NCBI GenBank assembly: GCA_038087875.1 | Contig: CM075987.1 | Span: 16,370,001 to 16,434,000, forward strand | Direction: 5' to 3' | Length of the DNA: 64,000 nt | Origin: Malacoraja senta | Lineage: Eukaryota | Part shown: positions 41,255 through 53,454 of the stretch, one piece after another | How the letters are laid out: each line of letters starts with the position of its first letter | Numbering within the stretch: the stretch's first letter is position 1 | Made by a program: the position numbers and the translations under genes | Notes under the pieces: model-generated | Seen by the model: only the letters and a program-made list of their open reading frames with translations | The model's database searches: none | What the model was told of the DNA's origin: nothing

Positions 41255-42467
41255 GCAGCTGAAGAACAACTTTGGCTTGGTGAATGATCTATATCCACCG
41301 AGTCCAAGGACCTCACCATTCTAAAACCCAGTCCAACTCATTCCAAGCCAAACACTCGAGACAAGTCAACAGGTCCAGACATTGTGAAGACCCAGCTCAT
41401 CTGGCTATGGAGTCACAGAGCTGTTCAGCACAGAAACAGGTTGTTTGGCCCAACACGTACATGCCAAACACGTTGGCATATTGGGCTGGTCCTAGTTGCC
41501 TGCGTTTGGCCGATATATTCCTCTAATCTTTCTTACCCGTATATCCGTATACAAGGGCCTTTGTAAAGTCCAGCTGTTCCCACCAGCCCTTGGACATCAA
41601 AGGCACCACCACACTGTTCCCCACCATCACAAACACAGAAGTCACCATCAACTGGACCAGCCATGGCTAGCTCAGTAAAGCTCAGAGCTGGCTTCCCTGA
41701 AGGAAGTGACTCATTTCCTGACATCCCAAACCTTTCCCACAGCACTGGTGCACACACAGCAGTGTGAAAAAATGCCTTTAACCAGAAGCTCAACTCTACT
41801 TTCGGGCAGCACAGCGGCACAGTTGGTAGAGCTGCTGCCTCAGCGCCAGTGACCAAGTTCGGTCTTGACCCCGGGTGCTATCTGTGTGGAGTTTGCCTAT
41901 TATCCCTCTATGACTGTGTGGGTTTCCTTCCCACGTCCCAAAGATGTGCATGTTTTGGGGATTAATTAGCCTCTAAATTGCCCCTAGTGTGTAGAGAGTG
42001 GATGAGAAAGTGGGATAGCATTCAACTAGTGTGAACATTTGATGATTGGAGTGAATTCCAGGGACCAAAGGGCCCATTTCTATGCAGTTTCTTTCTTTCG
42101 AAAGCTGCCATCGAAATTAGAATGGCTAGCTCATAGCTAGGTCTCCACGGTGAATGACTCACCTGCAGACATTCCTCTGGAATAGGGATTAAGGCCAGAC
42201 CCAACAGAAGCATTTAAAATTCTGAGAGGCGCAGAAAGGGTGGGCAGTCAGAACCTTAAATGATTTTTGTTTTAAAAAGTGAGATGGATGTCAGGAACAG
42301 GCTGCCAAGGGTGGAGGGTGAGGCATATATGGTAGTGAGATTTAAGAGGTGTTTTAGATCAGCACATTGATATGCAGGGAATGGAGGGATAGGGATTATG
42401 TTCATGCAGATAAAAGTTGGTCTTGGCATTATGTTTGGCACAGACATCGCGGGTCAAAGGGCCCATT

Positions 42468-43440
42468 CATAGATACATAGAAAATAGGTGCAGGAGTAGG
42501 CCATTCGGCCCTTCGAGCCTGCACCGCCATTCAATATGATCATGGCTGATCATCCAACTCAGTATCCCGTACCTGCCTTCTCTCCATACCCCCTGATCCC
42601 TTTAGCCACAAGGGCCACATCTAACTCCCTCTTAAATATAGCCAATGAACTGGCCTCAACTACCCTCTGTGGCAGAGAGTTCCAGAGATTCACCACTCTC
42701 TGTGTGAAAACGTTTTTCCTCATTTCGGTCTTAAAGGATTTCCCCCTTATCCTTAAGCTGTGACCCCTTGTCCTGGACTTCCCCAACATCGGGAACAATC
42801 TTCCTGCATCTAGCCTGTCCAACCCCATAAGAATTTTGTACGTTTCTATAAGATCCCCTCTCAATCTCCTAAATTCTAGCGAGTATAAGCCAAGTCTATC
42901 CAGTCTTTCTTCATATGAAAGTCCTGACATCCCAGGAATCAGTCTGGTGAACCTTCTCTGCACTCCCTCTATGGCTATAATGTCCTTCCTCAGATTTGGA
43001 GACCAAAACTGTACGCAATACTCCAGGTGTGGTCTCACCAAGACCCTGTACAACTGCAGTAGAACCTCCCTGCTCCTATACTCAAATCCTCTTGCTATGA
43101 AGGCCAACATACCATTCGCTTTCTTCACTGCCTGCTGCACCTGCATGCCTACTTTCAATGACTGGTGTACCATGACACCCAGGTCTCGCTGCATCTCCCC
43201 ATTTCCTAATCGGCCACCATTTAGATAATAGTCTGCCTTCCCGTTTTTGCCACCAAAGTGGATAACCTCACATTTATCCACATTATACTGCATCTGCCAA
43301 ACATTTGCCCACTCACCCAGCCTATCCAAGTCACCTTGCAGTCTCCTAGCATCCTCCTCACAGCTAACACTGCCCCCCAGCTTAGTGTCATCCGCAAACT
43401 TGGAGATGTTGCTTTCAATTCCCTCGTCCAGATCATTAAT
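42468..43440 (-). mobile_element. Young CR1 LINE 3' fragment with an uninterrupted 294-aa ORF2 C-terminus
   Basis: ORF 42559..43443 contains FADDTKL, QGDLDRL and RPHLEYCVQFWSP, followed by a 3'UTR and a short repeat tail. Confidence 0.93.
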
Positions 43441-43449
43441 CATTAATCA

Positions 43450-43895
43450 TTCTATGTTTATTTTTATTATTTTTTAAAAATATTTTTTTGTATTAATTTT
43501 ATTAGAAGCAATTGTACAAAGAGAAAGTAATCGACATAACAGTTAGACAATTTTCGTACTGCTTCAGTTTTAGCATTTTATAAACTAATAACTAAATCGG
43601 AAAAAAAGAAAAAGGAAAAAAGGGAAAGAAAGAAGAAAAAGAAAGAATTTCGAGAAAGACACGAAAAAGAAAAAAGAAAAACCCCAGAACTAACGAAGAA
43701 GTGAAAGAAGCGGAGATATATCCCACTGCCCTTCCATACGCCCACTCACCCGACCCTAGCGTCGGTTTTGAGTTTGTGTTCAACCATTATGTTGTTGAAG
43801 AAATTCAATAAAAGGAGACCATATTTTGGAAAATTGATCTGGTTTGTTAGTCAAGAAAAGCCTTATTTTTTCTAGATGTAGTGTCTCGGTCATTT
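43450..43895 (-). mobile_element. L1-clade LINE extreme 3' end
   Basis: 43893-43780 translates as MTETLHLEKIRLFLTNKPDQFSKIWSPFIEFLQQHNG*, resembling the fish-type L1 ORF2 C-terminus. It is followed by a pyrimidine-rich 3'UTR, AATAAA near 43500 and an A-rich tail. Confidence 0.65.
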
Positions 43896-44448
43896 TATAT
43901 TCAGAAGTGATAGGAGCAGAATTAGGCCATTCGGTCCCTCAAGTCGGTACTCCGCCATTCATTCATGGCTGATCTGTCTCTTCCTCCTAACCCCATTCTC
44001 CTGCCTTCCTGCCACGTTTATGATCCCAAAGCTTTTCCAACATCTACAATGCACAGGTCAGGATCCCGAGGGAAATATCCTCCACTTGACAGGATGGATG
44101 CAATTCAATATTCAGGAGGCTCAGCGCCATCCAGGTCAAAGCAACTGCTTGAATGGCACCTGATATGCTGCCATAAACATCCAGTCCTTCCACTGTCAGT
44201 GCACAGTGGCTGCAGTGTCTACCAGTTACAAGGTTCACTGCCGTTACTCACCCAGGCTACGGACTGCACCCCAAAGTCCACAACCTCCACCCCCAAGATG
44301 ACAAGGGCAACAGCTGCACGGAACAGCACCACCTACAGGTTCCTCTCCCACCCTGATAGGAAGATGGGTGGCTGGGTCCTTCATTGCTACTGCTCTTAAC
44401 CAAACAGCATTGTGCGATGGGCTTCACCACAAGGAGCAGGGTGATGTG

Positions 44449-44660
44449 TAGGAAGGAACTGCAGATGCTGATTTAAACCGAAGATAAACACAAAAAGCTG
44501 GAGTAACTCAGCAGGCCAGGCAGCATCTCAACTGCACAGGCAGAAGGAATGGGTGATGTTTCAGGTCTGAAGAAGGGTCTCGATCCGAAACGTAACCCAT
44601 TCCTTCTCTCCAGAGATGCTGCCCGTCCCGCTGAGTTACTCCAGCATTTTGTGTCTATCA
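44449..44660. mobile_element. Foldback Penelope-type element
   Basis: Inverted arms around CTGAAGA-AGGGTCTCGATCC-GAAACGTA. Confidence 0.7.
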
Positions 44661-46394
44661 GGAGCAAGGTGGGGGTGGTTCAAGATAGCAGCCACTGCCA
44701 CATTCTCGAGCAACGAGAGACAGGCAAAATACCATGCTAATGAAGCAGAAAGATAATGTAAAAATAAAAAAATAAAATTGTTCTTTAAACTCTCCACATC
44801 TCTCCCTGCTTTAAATACACAATAGCATCCTCCCCACTTCTCTACTGTATCTCAGATTGTATTTAAGTGTTGAGTGTTCATGGTGTCGTGGCCAAGATAC
44901 ATTGTGCCAGACACCGCTGCTGGGTTGGGAATGAAAGACATTCTAATCACAGCCCTTCCCCTGTGTAACTGCATGCTACTCACAGAGGGACTCACGGATA
45001 GATGCTCAATTATTTGACCAAAAATATCCAAACATGGCTCAGATTCAAATCTGATGTCAGTCTTGAGGCCATCTGGTACATTTTGTGTTAAAAGAAAACT
45101 GTTCTGGTTGCTTGCGTTTGCCAGAATTTCCTACATTGCAGAACAATATAAACTTCGGAATATGGCTGTGAAGAATTTTTCGCCCTCCTGAGCAAGATTG
45201 CTGAAGGCAAAATAAACTAAATTCCTCTTTTTCAACCCCATGCTGTTGATTACCTCTGCGCAGTGTTGATAAGGTTCGCTCCGGGCCCGAGGTAGCTTTC
45301 TGATGATTTCTGTCAACTGAAATCATCCTTTTTTTTTAAATCTATGGCCAAGAGTTAATGTGGACGGTGTCTTTGAAACAGATAGAACAGCCACCAAGTC
45401 ACAGGGCAGGAAAGGTGTTGCGCTGCTGGCCCTGGCTGCAGGCTCGTTACTCAAACAACATGCAGCTAAAGGAGGGGGAAGAGAAAAAGAGAGAGACAGA
45501 CCCATGTGGTGATACACATACAGACACCAGGGCAAGAGACATCACAGCACAGCAGAAACAGAACCACATCAAAGCAATCAAAAGCACAGCAAATTCACAT
45601 TTAATTTTGGGCAAGAAATTAATGTGTCAGTGGATTCAAATATTGAAAATTAAGTGATACATAGATTGAAGATCATCAACAAAAGAGTCAGGGTGTAAAG
45701 TGAAGAGAGCTTTGCAGGGGCAGTGAAGTGGACGCAATGGGTAGGCAGAGGCTTCAACTTTCAACAAGGAAATAGGACAAATGCATAACAGAAAAGGCAA
45801 ACACATGAAATGAACTGGATTTTGGGCAGACGTAGGGATAGGAAGGGTTTAGAGGGCTATGGCCAAATGGGACTAGCCCCAAATGCCAATTTGGTCATCG
45901 TGGGCAATGTGCCCCAAAAGGCCCACTTCCCTGCTGTGCAGCTTTTAATGGGGCAGACACCCTTTCAGAAAGTGGTCGGAAGCCAATTCAGCTGAATTGC
46001 CTCCTTCTGTGCTGTTCAGATCAATGAAAGGGCCAGGTGATGTGCTTGTACATGACAACTTGGATGCCCATCGCCAGGTAACCGCTGAGGAATAAACTTC
46101 AGGTGGTCAGGTTCTTTGGGCCATATCCGTATCAGAATACTAATATACTTCACATTCTAATAAATTCTCCTTCCCAAAGCCGATCGTCCATCCATAATGT
46201 TTCAATGACCTGGTCTGAAACCAAAAAAGGTATCTGGGCAGAATATGGATTCTCCACAGAGACTGCAGATGCCGGACTCGCAAGAAAAATCTCTTTGGAG
46301 CCTAGGAGGCTGAGGGGTGACATTGAGTGTACAAGATGGAGGGGCATAGATAAAGTGAACATTGTGCCTGGAGCACAGGAACGAGATAGAAAGC

Positions 46395-46935
46395 TATAGA
46401 CATGGTACCAAGACAACAACCTCTGCCTCAATGTCAACAAGACCAAGGAGCAGGTTTTAGACACCAGGAAGCAGGGTGGAGTACATCCCCCAGTCAGCGA
46501 TGGTGCTGAAGTGGAAATGGTCAAGAGCGTCAAATCCTGAGGTGCAAATATCACCAACAATTTGTTCTGGACCAACCTCATTGGAGTCACGGCCAAGAGA
46601 GCACAATGCTCACCCCTCTCCCATCAGGCAGAAAAAACAAAAGCTGGTAAAGTACGTACCACCAGACTCAGGAACTGCTTCTTCCCGCGTTATCAGACCA
46701 CGGAACGGCCCTCCCATGACCAGGGTATGATCCTGATCTGCCAGCCTACCTTGTTGCAGATCTTGCACTTTTTATTCGATCTGTACTTTCTCTGTAACTA
46801 ACACTGTAACGCTATATTCTGCACTCTGGTATGTTTCTCTTTGCACTACCTGCAAATGCTTGATTGTACTCGTGTACACTATGATTTTGTTTGCACGTAA
46901 ATAAAAGCTCTTGGTACACGTGACAACAATGAACC
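46395..46935 (+). mobile_element. Degenerate L2/Rex-Babar-like LINE remnant
   Basis: WYQDNNLCLNVNKTKE motif and a 3' end shared with other copies (gtaccaccagactcaggaac...gtacacgtgacaa). Related pieces lie near 4180-4505, 16311-16592, 32720-33010, 37230-37560, 49680-49965, 61900-62495 and 63600-64000. Confidence 0.6.
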
Positions 46936-49900
46936 AATGCCAATGTTACCTACACTCCCAAGACAGAGTGCTGTTCAATGCAGGAAAAAAAACAGCCAAG
47001 AATTTCCCAGAAGGCCAGTGACAACTTGTAATTAGCTCAACTGAATGGCTTCACGCAGGGCGACAGGTGGAGTCTACACCGTGACAGCTGGTCTCGATGT
47101 ATAACCTTGCTGAATACATCAAAACTAAGCAAAATTGGAATATGCACAACAGGGGATCTAATATTGGAGACCAGATAACAAGGGCATCGAACATCCCATT
47201 CACTGTTAAATGCATCTTTACAAAGGTTGCAGCTAAAGATTAATCCTTGCATATACACACACACACACACACACTATCAAGACCATCGTGGAGGATCGAA
47301 TAGTACAGGTAGTCTTCTGGCTCACTTTTAGAGATCCAGAGTGGAAACAGGCCCTTCTGCCCACTGAGTCCATGCTGACCAGCGATCACCCGTACACTAG
47401 TTCTACCCTACACACTAGGGACAAGTTACAGAAGCCAATTAACCTACAAAACCGCACGTCTTTTGAGTGTGGGAGGAAACCAGAGGACCCAGAGAAAACC
47501 CACGCAGTCACAAGGAGAACGTGCAAACTTCGCACAGTCAGTGTGGAACCTGGGTCTCTGGCACTATGAGGTAGCAACTCTACCACTGTGCCACCCTTGG
47601 CCATCCAAAATATAGTGTCAGTAAACAAAGTGACTATCGAAGGAAGACCTTGCATTTACATTGTGCTCAGAACCCAAAGACATCACAAACTATTTTACAG
47701 TCACTGAAATTCTAAAAATCTTGCCACCATTGTACTCAAGGAACAAGGACAATGTAAGATCTCATGTCTTCAAGACCTATGCAGCTACTTCTTCTATGGA
47801 CTGCATTTCTGTCCATGCAACTGTAATACTCCCAAGAAAGTGTCATTCAATACAGAAAACAAGACAGCCAAGAATGGCCCAGAAGCCAAGAGTAGACCAT
47901 TTCACCTTTTCTCTCCTTCCCTTCCACCCACATCCCTCCCTCCAGCTTTACATTTCACTTCTCCTCAAAGATCCGCTATAGGATCTTTGCTTTTCCTTAT
48001 CTTCCACCCATTTGTCTCCTTTTCACCTCTAACCTTTGTCACTTACTCCACCCATCTGCCTAATAAACCCCCCCCCCCCTCACCTGTATTCACCTATCAC
48101 TTGCCAGGCTTTGTCCCACCCCGCCTCTTTTTCACCAGCTTTCTTTCCCCTTGTTCCATCAGTTTGAAGAATGGTCCCATCCCATTGTGTCGTCTGCCCA
48201 TTCCCTCCACTGATGCTGCCTGACCCACTGAGTTCCTCCAGCACTGTGTTGAGTACAAGCCAAGGGATGAATGGTGACAGTGGACAACCCTCCAGCCAAT
48301 CACAATCATCACAACAGCCATGGCCACCATAGACAAGCTGGGCCAAAGGGCCTCTTTCCAAAGCTGTATGTCTCTATGGCAGAGGGAATCTTACAAGAAC
48401 ACCTCAAAGGAAGGTTAAACCCCAGCAATGCAACCCACACCAGAAACAAACAGCTTTGAATGAATCAACAGCTATTTGTCAGACAGTGACGCTGTCTCAC
48501 AGACTGGAAGCAATCCCTGTCCCCATTATGAAAGTGTCTTTACTGACTAGTCCAAGACATGCCGAGCCCCACAGAACCTCAGTGATCTTAAGACAACTCG
48601 GGCTCAGTTGGCTCAGTCACCAACTCATCTCTCAGCCCTGTCATGGAGACAGCACTTGGGAATGCAGCAAATCTGATGACACTCCACTTCACAAATCAAC
48701 TCGGCGGCACTTATCATCTGCACTTGACATTTCCTTCCCCCAATTAAAATATTTTATCTCAACTAAAAAAAAAACAGGCATTTCCTTTCTCCTCTCCACC
48801 CTCCCTCATTTCAATTAAAATCAATCGCACTTTCTATTTGATCTTTAAAACCCCCCATTATGGAGCAAAATGTACACATTTTATAGGTAAGTGCACACAT
48901 TTCAATACAATACAATACAATATTTATTCAATGTCATTTGAACCTCAGTGAGGCTCAAACGAAACTCTCAATGGAAAACATTTGGGCCAAAATTATATAT
49001 TTTTCCATGTAGAGGAGATATTTTTTTATTAAAATGTGATATGAAATTAGCTTTTTTAATTTTAACAGTGAAAATAAAATTCACAGGAACTAGTGTCCCC
49101 AATTCCACCAACACCATTTTTGTTCACAGCTTGGGCAGTCGCGAATGACGCAGTCGCTGCAACAGTCCTTTTCGCACGTCTCAATCAGTTCACCAATCAT
49201 TTAACTGATGTGAACGGCTTGGGAAGACCTGCTCCAGCAGCCATGGAGTAGAGTCAACCATAGGAACACAAAGAACTGCAGATGAGCAAATCTTGAGCAA
49301 AACAAAACGCTGAAGGAACTCACTGGATTTAGAGTCAAGAGTGTTTAATTGTCATATTTACCGGCAACAGAACAATTAATGTCTTGCGCTTTAGCAGCAG
49401 GACAGGCCTGCCAACAAACAGACTGCATCCGGGGAGAGCATGGGCAGACAAAATGCCAGAAGCTGCAACATAAACATGCTCGTCTTCTCCCTTTTCCAGT
49501 TTTGATGTGGTGTCCTGAACTGGAGCCGTTGACTCCGATGCCCCTGCAAGTCTAGATCTACAAGAGTGTTGAATGGTGTCATCCACGGCCAAAGGAGTTC
49601 TTACTCCACAGATTGGCTCTCAGCCCTGTCATTCCTACTTCTCCCCATTCCCATCTAGCAAAAAACAAATAGAAGCTTTGAAAGCGCACACCACCGGACA
49701 GCTTTTCCTGCTATCATGTTTCTGATCAGTCCTTCCATAAGCCAGGGGAGTGTCCGATTCACCTCCACCTCATTGCAAACATTAAATTTTGTCTATATAA
49801 TTGACGTGGCACAATGCCGAGAACTATATTCTACACTCCATCTTCCTCTTGGCTCTATCTGCATTTGACCTGATTGCATTTATGTCTAGTATAATCAGAT

Positions 49901-52900
49901 CTCACTGGACAGCATGCAAGACAAAGCTTTTAATTGTACCTTGGTACACCTGACAATAATAAACCTACATTGAGGTGGGACAATGTGGAGCACTTTGAAT
50001 TAAGGGCTTCACTGCATCAGAAGCAATGGCAGGACTCCACCACATCCCCAATTCCGCATTACCTGTCCTGTCAGGCACCCACTTGTCACAGCTGCTGCAG
50101 GATCTGCCTGGATCTCATTAGCCACCAGAACCTTTGGGTCCAGGTGCAAACAAATCTCCTTTCATCCCAAACTACTGCCACGGAATGAAAGCTGTGCTAG
50201 TAAAGTCAGTCAGGGCGATCAAAGTGTTCAAATCCCACCATGGTGATTGAAGTACTACTTAAAGCAAGATCTAGAATTGCAAGATTTGAGTAGGAAGGAA
50301 CGGTTTAAACCGAAGATAGACACAAAATACTAGAGTAACTCTCGACCCGAAACGTCACCCATCCCTTCTATCCAGAGATGCTGCCTGTCCCGCTGAGTTA
50401 CTCCAGCATTTTGTGTCTATTTTCGTATTGCTAGATTTGAATGTGGTTTGTTTCGAAGTGAAGGAGAATGCCTTCTGCCTCACCGTCATATGCACGCCTG
50501 ACATCACTTGCTCAACGAAAATATGAAAAGGTCAAAATAAAAACAAAATAGCTCTTTTTTAATAATTTATACGTATCAAACTACAGTGAAGAGCCACATC
50601 CCAAAGCAAGAGGAGAAAAAAAAAATCACACATTTGAGCCATTCAAGGTCAAGACAGATTTTTGGACTGCGGGGGAATGAAAGGTGCTGGGAGTCAGGCA
50701 GCAACGTGAAGTGGAGACCTATAGTTACCCGAGGTGGAAACCAAGAGTTACCAACCAGTCTCTCGCTGAATGACTGAGGGGTCTCAAGCAGCCATAACTC
50801 CCCAGTGTACAAGACCATGCAACTGTATGTAGCTCAGTCCATCTCATGGAGATCTGTGGTGGCTCTGTCACAGGGTATAGTCAAGTCATACAACACGGAA
50901 CCAGGCCCTTCGGCCCAACCCGTCCATGCCGACCACGATGCCACATTAGTGTCCATAACACCAAATCTGAAAAGCTTTGACTAGTTTCAAATAAGATCCA
51001 TTAAAAATAAAAACTGTGTAGGCTAACACAGGCATACCGTACCAATGTGTCTAATTCAAAGAACCTGGAAGGTCAGGGAATGCAAAGTATTGATGAAGGG
51101 CAGATATTCCTGGCCGTACATTGTCGTGGCCCCGTCCCCAGACAGCGATACACCAGTTGCATGGCTCGTCATGTTGTGGGCAGTGCACCTCCCACCACTC
51201 TGCATTCGTGCGCCACCCTCTCCTCCAGTACAATAAACCAGCAGCAGGCAATGCAACACCAGTCTCATGTGCGTTTTACTTCCACCGATGATTCATAACT
51301 CCTGATCTTATTAAAATTCACATCGTCTATTATTGATATTGAAAAGAATCTGACCTCGAACGAAAATGTGAATTAATAGAATGATAGAGTCATACCACAC
51401 AGAAACAGGCCCTTCAGGCCAAGATGTAGAAACAAAGAACTGCCAATGCTGGTTTATACCAAAGAGAGAGACAAAGTGCTGGAGACACAGCAGGCCAAGC
51501 AGCATCTCTGGTGAGTGACGTTTTGGGTCGGAACCAGAAATGTCTGATGAAGGGTCCCAACCCGAAACGTCACCCTTCCTTTTTCTCCAGAGATGCTGTC
51601 TGACCCGCTGAGTTACGCCAGCACTTTCAGTCTATCCTTCAGCCCACCATGTCCATACCAACCAAGATGACACATCTAAGCTGGACCCACGATGGTATTT
51701 CACTCATTAGTTTAGCTCTGAGATACAGTATGGAAACAGGCCCTTCAGCCCACCAAGTCCTCACTAACCATTGATCACACGTTCCACGCATCCCACAAGC
51801 ATCCACTCCTTGCACTCTAGGTGCGACTTTAGAGGTCAATTAAGCTAGAAATCCATGTCTTTGGCATGTGGAAGGGAATCAGAATACCATAGGAAACCTA
51901 TGCAGTTACAGGGAATACATCAAACTCCACACAGACACCACCTATGGTTAGGATTGAGCCAGGTCTCTGGCAATGAGGTGGCAGCTCTACTGTGAAACAT
52001 GTTATTAAGTGATTATAGGGGACTATCGCACTGTTGGGATAGGTCTTTGTGAACGATGCAGTGTGCAGCCTGAAATTTTCCCCTCACATTTCAAGGATAA
52101 ATTGGACAGGAGAGGGGAGGAGACAAATAAAGAACCTCAATGTGATCCATCAGCCCAGAGTGTATTCAATGACTAACTTCACAGCTTTTGTGTAGTTCAA
52201 TAATAATCAGGGGAGTATGGGAATACAAAATAGAGTCAGAGAGCTGCGCAGCACAGAAACAGGCCCTTCAGCCCACCTTGCCTGTGCCAACCAACTTGCA
52301 GTACTGGGCTAGTCCCATTTGCCTGCATTTGGCCCATATCCCTCTAAACTCTTCCTATCCACATCTCTGTCCAAATGTCTTTAAGAAGTCGCAACTCTAT
52401 AGCTTCCTCTAATATCATGGAGCGATCATTCTCTGAACGTATAACCTTGCACCGTCTGGCTAGGCTACACACGTGGTTATGCAAAAATTAATGCCACCTC
52501 GAGACACTCGGTGCAAACTACACAATGGATTTATGACCATAATTACACAGTTGGAGTCTACTTGCTCCAATTAAACCAAGTCTCAAGAGATCTCCACTGC
52601 AGCTTGGTTACAGATCTGAAAACAAATTTCAAAAGCATAAACGGCCCACGCACCTCAAATCACTCACCATTGTCCTTACAGCCTCTAAAGAGACCAATCA
52701 GCCCCTCAAACCTATGGCAGTTTACAGATCAACCCCATTCACGAGTCAAATCAAGAGTGTTTAATTGTTATATCTTCTGGCCAAGGGACAACGCTGTAGC
52801 TTAACTGGCCTGTACCCACAATCACATCCAGATTAATATATGGCGTTCAATAATACAACAAATTAATAACCATTATACAAGGTGACCAATTCAGTGCAAG

Positions 52901-53125
52901 ATTAATTTTTCCTGCAGCAGATTCTCCCCACATCCCACAGCTCATCTACACAATAGTGGCAATATGCAGATTCCAATTAACTACAAACACACTTCTTTGG
53001 GATGCACAAGAAATCTGGAACACCCAGGAGAAACACACAAAGTCACAGGGAGAATGTGCAAGTCTCACACATACAGCATTGGAGGCAAGTATTGAACTCC
53101 AGTTAGACACAAGAAGCTGAAGTAA

Positions 53126-53454
53126 TAGCCCTGTCCCACTGTACGAGTTCATTCAAGAGCTCTCCCGAGTTTAAAAAAAATCAAACTCGTGGTAAGCACG
53201 TAGAATGAACGTAGCGGGTACGTCGGAGCTCGGGGACGTCTCTTAGCGGCTCGTAACGCTAACAGCAGGTACTCGGGAAGACTCGCTAACGGCAGGTAAG
53301 CTCGGGAAGACTCGTGAAGATTTTTCTACATGTTGAAAAATGTCCACGAGAGCCCCGAGTACCGACAAGCGGCCATTACCGTAAATCTCCGAGTTCGAAT
53401 CAGGGCAAACTCGGGGAGAACTCTTGAATGAACGCGTACAGTGGGACAGGGGTT
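53126..53454. mobile_element. PIF/Harbinger-type MITE
   Basis: TIR core CCCTGTCCCACTGTACG..TTCATTCAAGAG, with TAA duplicated inside a host repeat. Confidence 0.82.
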
